Below are positions 30,127 through 36,367 of a DNA stretch of 36,367 nucleotides, one piece after another. The stretch lies in the sequence record DRR723986_9819; one strand, written 5' to 3'. The notes under the pieces were generated by a model that saw nothing but the letters and a program-made list of their open reading frames with translations, searched no databases and had not been told where the DNA came from. Every line of letters starts with the position of its first letter. Position 1 is the first letter of the stretch. A program made the translations under genes and the position numbers.

Positions 30127-30553
30127 ACATAAACATGTAGTTGGTTTTGAAGAAACCAACGTAGTCGGCAATGTATACTTTGCCAACTATCTGGTCTGGC
30201 AGGGCAAAGCCCGCGAAATGTTTTTACGTGCCCATTGTCCTTCGGTGCTGGCATTAATTGCTGACGGCTTGTCACTTGTGACGCTGCGCACCAATTGTGA
30301 GTACTTCGCTGAGCTGGAAGCTTTTGATGAAGTGCTGATCCGAATGACACTTGAAGATATTCGCCAGAACCGAGTGACCATGAAGTTCGATTATTTCAAA
30401 GTTACACCGCGCGGCAACGAACTTGCTGCCAGCGGTGAGCAATCCATCGCCTGCATGCAGCGTGACGGCACGGAAATGGTTCCGACACCGGTACCAACCG
30501 AAATGCGTGACGCTCTGCGGACCTATCAAAACTCAGCCCTGGGTGTAGTTTGA
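30113..30553 (+). CDS. Enediyne core thioesterase E10/TEBC (hotdog fold; SgcE10/CalE7/DynE7 family)
   Basis: VGFEETNVVGNVYFANYLVWQGKAREMFL, CEYFAEL, GEQSIACM; overlaps the pksE stop by 14 bp. Confidence 0.93.
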   Translation: MKAFEHKHVVGFEETNVVGNVYFANYLVWQGKAREMFLRAHCPSVLALIADGLSLVTLRTNCEYFAELEAFDEVLIRMTLEDIRQNRVTMKFDYFKVTPRGNELAASGEQSIACMQRDGTEMVPTPVPTEMRDALRTYQNSALGVV

Positions 30554-30618
30554 TGTATTGTTTTTGCAATCTCAGAAATCAAGAAGTTAACACAAGCCGC
30601 AAATGCACTTTTGCACTG

Positions 30619-32286
30619 ATGGCAGTGCAGAAAATGTTTATAGCGGTGCTAACATGCCTGTTCTTTTCGTCAGGCGCTTTCGCCGGAGATGCATGGTCAG
30701 AACGTGAAGTTCGCACAAATGTACTGGCGCTGGCACTTAACGGATTCGGCAGCTCAACTGCCGTAGCGTATGGCTACTTTGAAGTCGACTATATGAACGA
30801 GAATCCGGAGCAGCCGGTGGATCTCATGATGAGTGACTTTGATTTAGGTGCGCGCTTCCCGCTGTTTAACGGCGTTCATATTTATCTCAACGATCGAATT
30901 GAGTCCTATGGGCACATTCGTCCGGCCTGGGCGTATTACGATAGCGTTTCAGTTGGAGATGGCTCATTTTTTCCAGCTGTTAATGACAATGTCTTTTTCC
31001 TGGAATTACGCATTGAGCAAATGAACTCAACGTGTAAAAGCCGTGGCCCGGTCACTTTGATTGCCGATATCAACGAGTGGCCTCCGCCCCCCGGAACTAT
31101 CTACGATGTTGAAGAAAAAGTAAACTTCAAATCTGTAGACTCTACAGGTCAGTATCAGGCCCTGGGTTTAACTGTTCACCTGGATACCAATCTGCGGGCA
31201 TGGTTCTACGAAAAAGGGGCCGTGGACGTGACATTACGTCAGGCCAAACGCGATGGACCCAAGATGCGGGTTGAAGGCACGATCCGCTCCAATACCGACA
31301 GCCTGTTCGCACATGGATGGACCTTCTATTCAGGCGGCAAGCTGATCGAGATGGAGACACCGCATGCCGATACATTGGCAGCACAGTATGGTGAATTTGC
31401 CGGACACGATACACTTTGGGCCGTCGGTGAAGAACATACAAAATACGTTGACTTTACGATGCGCCGCCCTGGCGTTGAACGCATATACCTCTTGGTATCT
31501 GGCCGTGAAGTCGCATTCGTTGGCGATAAAAAGTTCATTGAAATACGGCAGCCCGATCGCGGCCTGGAAGTGGACGATATTGACAATTGGCGTGTTGAGC
31601 GTGGGAGCAAGAGCGAAATTCAAATTCACGGAAAAGATTTCCGCGAGCCCCTGGAGCTTGAGTTTAGTGGCGAAGGAATTTCAGTTGCTTCAATTAAACT
31701 GGAGTCGCCCAACAAAATTCACGCTACGCTGGATATAGCCGCAGCGGCCTATGCCACGGACCGCGATCTTACGGTGTTAAGTGACGGCCGCAGTTTTACC
31801 GTGGTGGATGGACTGCGAGTCAAAAGGCTTAAACATGTAGTTACCAGCGTTGACATTGATACCGTTATTACTGGTCAGGAATTTGCCATGACCATTTCTG
31901 GTGAAAGATTCCCGGAACGTGTTTACGTGAACCTGGGAGACAGTGTTGTGTTAAAAGACATGGTGCGTAAATCTGAGACAGAAATTTTGGTCAAAGGTGT
32001 GCTGCCTAACTACTACGAATCAGTTGCGATGAATGTCGTCGTAGCTGGTGCCTTACACTCGGCTGTTTTACCAAACGCAGTGTACATAGAAGACGGAAAC
32101 CCCAGCATGCTGGCGAGTCTGTTCCCAATGCTTTGGTATCTGGTCGGTGGCCTTTTAGTACTCTGCAGTGGCGTGTTCTACTTTTTGCGAACAAAGAACC
32201 GCATGCGTTCTACTGTGGCTGAGCAAAGTGGAAATAACCATGCTACTGTAACAGAGACTCAACCGCACAGACAAGTGCCGGTATGA
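30619..32286 (+). CDS. Secreted, C-terminally membrane-anchored hypothetical protein with an N-terminal beta-rich domain and Ig/IPT-like domains
   Basis: Signal ..LFFSSGAFA; FFPA..WPPPPG domain; IQIHGKDF..FSGEGISV and MTISGERF IPT/TIG-like segments; C-terminal TM followed by a basic tail; start uncertain (30550-30634). Confidence 0.7.
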   Translation: MAVQKMFIAVLTCLFFSSGAFAGDAWSEREVRTNVLALALNGFGSSTAVAYGYFEVDYMNENPEQPVDLMMSDFDLGARFPLFNGVHIYLNDRIESYGHIRPAWAYYDSVSVGDGSFFPAVNDNVFFLELRIEQMNSTCKSRGPVTLIADINEWPPPPGTIYDVEEKVNFKSVDSTGQYQALGLTVHLDTNLRAWFYEKGAVDVTLRQAKRDGPKMRVEGTIRSNTDSLFAHGWTFYSGGKLIEMETPHADTLAAQYGEFAGHDTLWAVGEEHTKYVDFTMRRPGVERIYLLVSGREVAFVGDKKFIEIRQPDRGLEVDDIDNWRVERGSKSEIQIHGKDFREPLELEFSGEGISVASIKLESPNKIHATLDIAAAAYATDRDLTVLSDGRSFTVVDGLRVKRLKHVVTSVDIDTVITGQEFAMTISGERFPERVYVNLGDSVVLKDMVRKSETEILVKGVLPNYYESVAMNVVVAGALHSAVLPNAVYIEDGNPSMLASLFPMLWYLVGGLLVLCSGVFYFLRTKNRMRSTVAEQSGNNHATVTETQPHRQVPV

Positions 32287-32356
32287 ACAAATTTCATAAT
32301 TGCGTGGCATGCCACAACAGCCTAATAACTCGTGGCATGTTTCTGAATGGGTTAAC

Positions 32357-33412
32357 ATGAAGACTCTACTTCAGGCTATAGTGAAACGTCCGATTCTCAG
32401 TGGTGCCCTTGCCGTATGGACGATGTGGCTCATACTGATGATTGATGGAAATCACTGGTCCGTATTTTCGGAAAAGTGGTATATGACGATCACCATGGTA
32501 TTTGGCTCATTTATTGCCGGTGCAACCAGTGAAGGTGGTGGAGCTGTAGCGTTCCCCGTCATGACACTGTTGTTTAAAATTGATCCGGCTGTAGCGCGTG
32601 ACTTTTCATTGATGATTCAGGCCGTTGGCATGATGGCCGCTGCATTCACAATTGTGTGTATGCGCGTTCCAATTATTGCACAGGCCGTCGTTTTTGCAGG
32701 GTTGGGAGGCGTGGTGGGAATAACGTTTGGGCTGGATGTTGTTTCCCCTCTCCTTCCGCCTGCTTTTACCAAAGTATTGTTTACAAGCGTATGGCTGAGT
32801 TTTGCCGTCGCTTTATTCTGGATAAATCGCAAACGCAGCCGTCAGGTGTATCAGCGTTTGCCAAAATTTGGACCGTCTCAAGCCGTGGTGCTGATTGCGG
32901 TTGGTTTGATTGGCGGAGTTATTAGCGGTGTTACCGGAAGTGGTCTGGACATCCTGACATTCTCCGTTCTTGTGCTCGGCTTAAAAATTGACGAGCGCGT
33001 TGCGACCCCCACGTCGGTAATTTTGATGGGGATGAACGCCCTGTTTGGTTTCATCTGGAAAGGTGGCCTTGGAGCAGGTATGCCATTGGATGCATGGAAC
33101 TATTGGTACGCCTGTGTTCCCGTAGTTGTGATCGGTGCGCCACTTGGTGCCTGGTTCATTTCCAAGCGTTCACGAACGCTAGTTGTTAACTTCTTGTACG
33201 TCTCAATTTTCGTGCAATACGTAGCAGCTTTACTGATATTACCGCAGACCGTAAACCTCTTATTGTTTAGCGCTGCCATCATTTTAGGCGGAGTTTTATC
33301 CTTCCGTTTGATGACAATGTATGGCGATCGTTTCAATTTGAGAATTTCTAAAGAATTTAAACAAAAAGCGGCGGAAAAAACTTCGCCAATTCAAAATATT
33401 GTTGTAGATTGA
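32357..33412 (+). CDS. TauE/SafE (sulfite exporter) family membrane transporter
   Basis: TMVFGSFIAGATSEGGGAVAFPVMTL, ARDFSLMIQAVGM, GSGLDI, VATPTSVILM, PVVVIGAPLGA. Confidence 0.88.
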   Translation: MKTLLQAIVKRPILSGALAVWTMWLILMIDGNHWSVFSEKWYMTITMVFGSFIAGATSEGGGAVAFPVMTLLFKIDPAVARDFSLMIQAVGMMAAAFTIVCMRVPIIAQAVVFAGLGGVVGITFGLDVVSPLLPPAFTKVLFTSVWLSFAVALFWINRKRSRQVYQRLPKFGPSQAVVLIAVGLIGGVISGVTGSGLDILTFSVLVLGLKIDERVATPTSVILMGMNALFGFIWKGGLGAGMPLDAWNYWYACVPVVVIGAPLGAWFISKRSRTLVVNFLYVSIFVQYVAALLILPQTVNLLLFSAAIILGGVLSFRLMTMYGDRFNLRISKEFKQKAAEKTSPIQNIVVD

Positions 33413-33616
33413 GGTTATGGAGTTTACGAAATAGTCTCTACGATAACAGTGGCCACACGACCATTCCTACCAGCCCCGGAAGTGTTCCATAAAGCGCCCA
33501 ACTGTTATACCTACATTCAATCCAATAGCTTGCGATCTCTACGAACCAGCCCTCACCGAGATCCACGCACGATAACCAATACTGTCATTTGAAATACAGC
33601 AAATGTTGAGATGCGA

Positions 33617-33660
33617 AAAACGCCGTGCGCCGGCAGCGCTCGTCGGTTGTACGGTGTTTT
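33617..33660 (+). terminator. Long hairpin with T-tail, possible terminator of the cassette operon
   Basis: AAAACGCCGTGC..GCCGGC..GTCGGT..GTACGGTGTTTT; the mismatches are G-U pairs on the + strand. Confidence 0.5.
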
Positions 33661-34085
33661 ATGACGTGACCGCTCTGTAAAAACAGGACTGTCCTGTCTC
33701 GCCTCAACAAGATTGCATAGAGACCACAAGTGTCCGTGATTTTCTTCGGCGAACCACTACTGCCATTGCCAGGAAGAAAGCGGTCAAGCCTTGTCGATTC
33801 TCAACCCATGATCTGTTCATGCGCTGGAGTGATCCTCGCGATCATTTCAATGCCATAAATATGGCATTAACAATTAGCCTATTTCTACTTAGCTACTGAA
33901 AACCATTCAGCAGTTGAACGGAAGTGGGGTGAGTATACAGTGTATTTGATGATTTTCTAGGTTGATTGACACCGGTAGAGCGAACTGTGTTAAGTCGCAC
34001 ACTTTGATTCCAGGCCCGATGATACGTTTACATCGGTCAGCATGCAAAAGCCCGCACAAATAACCCAGGGCAAAAAACAAATACA

Positions 34086-34182
34086 ACGATAGGTCGATCC
34101 TGCGCGGGGGCGACTGATACATGGCCTGCCACGGCATGCCGCCTGATTGCATTCATTACTACAGCTTCTCGCTCATCTCAAC
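34086..34182 (+). promoter_or_regulatory. Conserved structured leader element, copy 1
   Basis: ACGATRGGTCGATCCTGCGCGGGGGCGAC (34086-34114) and CTCGCTCATCTCAAC (34168-34182) are shared with 35301-35372. Confidence 0.65.
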
Positions 34183-34244
34183 CTTAACAGGTTTTTTCCA
34201 ACTTATTTTCATCCAACTCATTCTCATTCCACAGGAATACTCTC

Positions 34245-35231
34245 ATGAAATTGTTTAAGTCACTTGCTACAACACTGGTTGTCGGCGCAATGAGCACTGC
34301 TTCGGTTTTCGCTTTTGACTGTGTCGGTAATACCCAATGTAACTTCCAGATTAACAACGACACACCTCAAAGTTGCATCGAAGCCATTGAGGTTTTTACT
34401 GGTCCTTTGAATGGAACCGGCTCTGTACAAATCGCATATGTTAACTACAAGACCCTCGCTGGTACATGTTTTACCATGACAACTGGTGGACATCCCGGAA
34501 CAGTTCAATTGATACAGACAAACACGGGAAGTGGATATCAGTTTGAGTACAGTGCCCCTTCTGCTCAAGTTACGGTCCCTGGCTACTCGGGAACATTCTA
34601 TAGCACCAACGGCTTGCACCTGCGATCCAACAGTCTGTATCCAAATCCACTGGGTCAGAATAACGGTGCGATTGCATACACTGTAACAGCTGATGTCGAA
34701 CTTGTTAACGGCGCGAATACCATGACCTTGTTTGAAGGTAGCTCAGTGCTTATTTCAACCAAAAAACCAAAAGTTATCTGTAAACTTCAGAGCAGTGAGT
34801 GTTACCTCCAGATCGATGGTACGGATTATGTCATTAATCCAGAGATTACTATCGAATCAGAAGAACCAAGTGACGATGACGGAACCGGAATTCGTATTGG
34901 TATTGTAACGGCAAAAGAATTGATCGACGACCTCGGACTGGAATTGGTTCTTGACTTCGGTCGTCCAGCTGACGAGTCCTACTTTGCTCTTGAGCAAATC
35001 GATCCTGACAACCAGTATCCAGCAAACGTTAAAGGCCACTTCGCAGTTCAAATTAACTATGAAGATGAAGTCTTTGTTTCGGATCAAGTTCTCTCGGTTG
35101 AGTCCACAAACCCAGTTGAAAACTGGCCACCAGAAGCCGGTAATGTCGAGTATGTCATTTCCGAGCCAATCCAGTTCATCAGCGAATCTGGACGTGAGAT
35201 TGTTATCCACGAAGGCGTCATCCGCAACTGA
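34245..35231 (+). CDS. Secreted acidic two-domain hypothetical protein, paralog 1
   Basis: Signal peptide ending SVFA; six Cys; SD CAGGA; internal repeat; paralog immediately downstream. Confidence 0.88.
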   Translation: MKLFKSLATTLVVGAMSTASVFAFDCVGNTQCNFQINNDTPQSCIEAIEVFTGPLNGTGSVQIAYVNYKTLAGTCFTMTTGGHPGTVQLIQTNTGSGYQFEYSAPSAQVTVPGYSGTFYSTNGLHLRSNSLYPNPLGQNNGAIAYTVTADVELVNGANTMTLFEGSSVLISTKKPKVICKLQSSECYLQIDGTDYVINPEITIESEEPSDDDGTGIRIGIVTAKELIDDLGLELVLDFGRPADESYFALEQIDPDNQYPANVKGHFAVQINYEDEVFVSDQVLSVESTNPVENWPPEAGNVEYVISEPIQFISESGREIVIHEGVIRN

Positions 35232-35246
35232 TAAATATAAGACTGC

Positions 35247-35284
35247 GTGAAGTGTGGCTTGCCCATGCGGCAAGCCATCTTCAC
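35247..35284 (+). terminator. Strong hairpin after paralog 1 (terminator or stabiliser; no U-tract)
   Basis: GTGAAG.GTGGCTTGCC-CATGC-GGCAAGCCAT-CTTCAC. Confidence 0.5.
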
Positions 35285-35300
35285 CGATTGAAATAATTAC

Positions 35301-35372
35301 ACGATGGGTCGATCCTGCGCGGGGGCGACACATCCCAGGTATGCAGCTGTATACCACCTCGCTCATCTCAAC
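35301..35372 (+). promoter_or_regulatory. Conserved structured leader element, copy 2
   Basis: 28/29 identical to 34086-34114 and 15/15 identical to 34168-34182, with a different hairpin (GGTATGCAGCTGTATACC) between the blocks. Confidence 0.65.
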
Positions 35373-35431
35373 ACCTTATCTAGTTTTTTCTCAAGTCATT
35401 TCAATTCTACTTATTCTACAGGAATAGTCAC

Positions 35432-36367
35432 ATGAATTTGTTTAAGTCACTTGCTACGACACTTGTTGTCGGCGCCATGAGTACCGCCTCGGTTTTCGCA
35501 TTTGAATGTACTGGTAACAGCGAATGTATCTTTGAAGTCAACGGTAACACACCTCAGTCATGTATTGAGGCAATTGAGATCATCACTGGCCCACTGACGG
35601 GTTCCGGTCCTGTTCAACTTTCGATAGTTGACTACAAGTCACTCGCAGGTACATGCTTTACTCTGGCAAGCAACCGCGAAGGTGTTAACCTGATTACTCA
35701 AACACAAACGCCTGCAGGTTACTCCTTCGTTTACTCCTCAACGTATGCTCAAGCAGAAGTTCCAGGAATTCCAGGAACTTTCACTGCACAAAACGAACTG
35801 CGTCTTGAGTCAGTTAACCTGTACCCGAACCCACTTGGCCAGAACCCAGGTCAGATCGCTTACCGCGTAACTGAAGATGTTCACTTTGTTAACGGTTCAA
35901 ATGAGCTGACTGTTTTTGAAGGTAGCTCCGTTATCGTTGAAACCAAAAAGCCTGTTATCGTGTGTGAACTGTTCTCAAACCGTTGCTATATCACTATCGA
36001 CGGTACGGACTATGAAATCGCACCAGAAATCACGATCGAATCCGAAAACCCAGAATCAGCTGGTCCTGGAATCCGTATCGGTCACGTTTTGGCTAAACAA
36101 CTGATGACTGACCTCGGTCTCGAAATGGTTATTGACTTTGACCGTCCGGCCGACGAGTCATTCTTCGCTCTCGAAGAAGTTAACCCAGGCGATGAGTTCC
36201 CAGTTAATGTTGAAGGTAACTTCGCGACTCAAATCGAATTTGAAGGCGAAACTTTCCGCTCAGACCAGGTTCTTCAGGTTAAATCCACGAACCCAGTTGA
36301 AAACTGGCCAGCAGAAGCTGGATCAGTTGAATATGTTATCACTGAGCCAGTTCAGTATATCAGCGAC
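35432..36367 (+). CDS. Secreted two-domain hypothetical protein, paralog 2 (truncated by the window end; absent from the ORF track)
   Basis: Manual translation MNLFKSLATTLVVGAMSTASVFAFECTGNSEC...STNPVENWPAEAGSVEYVITEPVQYISD gives 312 open codons, colinear with 34245-35231, with all six Cys conserved. Confidence 0.9.
   Translation, partial: MNLFKSLATTLVVGAMSTASVFAFECTGNSECIFEVNGNTPQSCIEAIEIITGPLTGSGPVQLSIVDYKSLAGTCFTLASNREGVNLITQTQTPAGYSFVYSSTYAQAEVPGIPGTFTAQNELRLESVNLYPNPLGQNPGQIAYRVTEDVHFVNGSNELTVFEGSSVIVETKKPVIVCELFSNRCYITIDGTDYEIAPEITIESENPESAGPGIRIGHVLAKQLMTDLGLEMVIDFDRPADESFFALEEVNPGDEFPVNVEGNFATQIEFEGETFRSDQVLQVKSTNPVENWPAEAGSVEYVITEPVQYISD

Noticed and set aside
554-36104. Numerous short antisense or alternate-frame ORFs in the ORF track
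   Set aside because: They overlap well-supported genes and lack motifs; treated as shadow ORFs.

Overview
Bacterial window, probably from an FCB-group (Bacteroidota/Chlorobiota/Ignavibacteria/Kapabacteria-like) organism; this is inferred from TTG-N19/20-TAGTTTTG promoters, the gene set and moderate GC, and it is clearly not a high-GC actinomycete. The left third is a minus-strand housekeeping/cell-envelope run (recO, CBS hemolysin-family protein, asd, Man-1-P guanylyltransferase, DegT aminotransferase, asnB). The middle holds an orphan atypical NarL/FixJ-type response regulator, a DUF885 lipoprotein, a DUF2306-like membrane protein and a MacA/MacB-permease/TolC efflux set. The right half is a complete enediyne-type 'warhead' PKS cassette (UnbV/E4, an extra TPR-like gene, UnbU/E5, UnbL/E3, PKSE, E10 thioesterase). 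It is followed by a membrane-anchored unknown protein, a TauE/SafE transporter and two tandem secreted paralogs that appear to share a domain with the anchored protein. The main non-coding result is two promoters 9 kb apart with identical architecture: four 15-bp TMRG-N7-CYKA boxes at an exact 23-bp period abutting TTGnnn-N17-TAGTTT. One faces the PKS cassette. The other drives an ORF-less, terminator-bounded, hairpin- and GGA-rich ~460-nt candidate sRNA next to the regulator. This suggests a regulator + Csr/Rsm-like sRNA + enediyne/polyyne PKS system. Structured duplicated non-coding elements also occur at 206-413 and ahead of both secreted paralogs.
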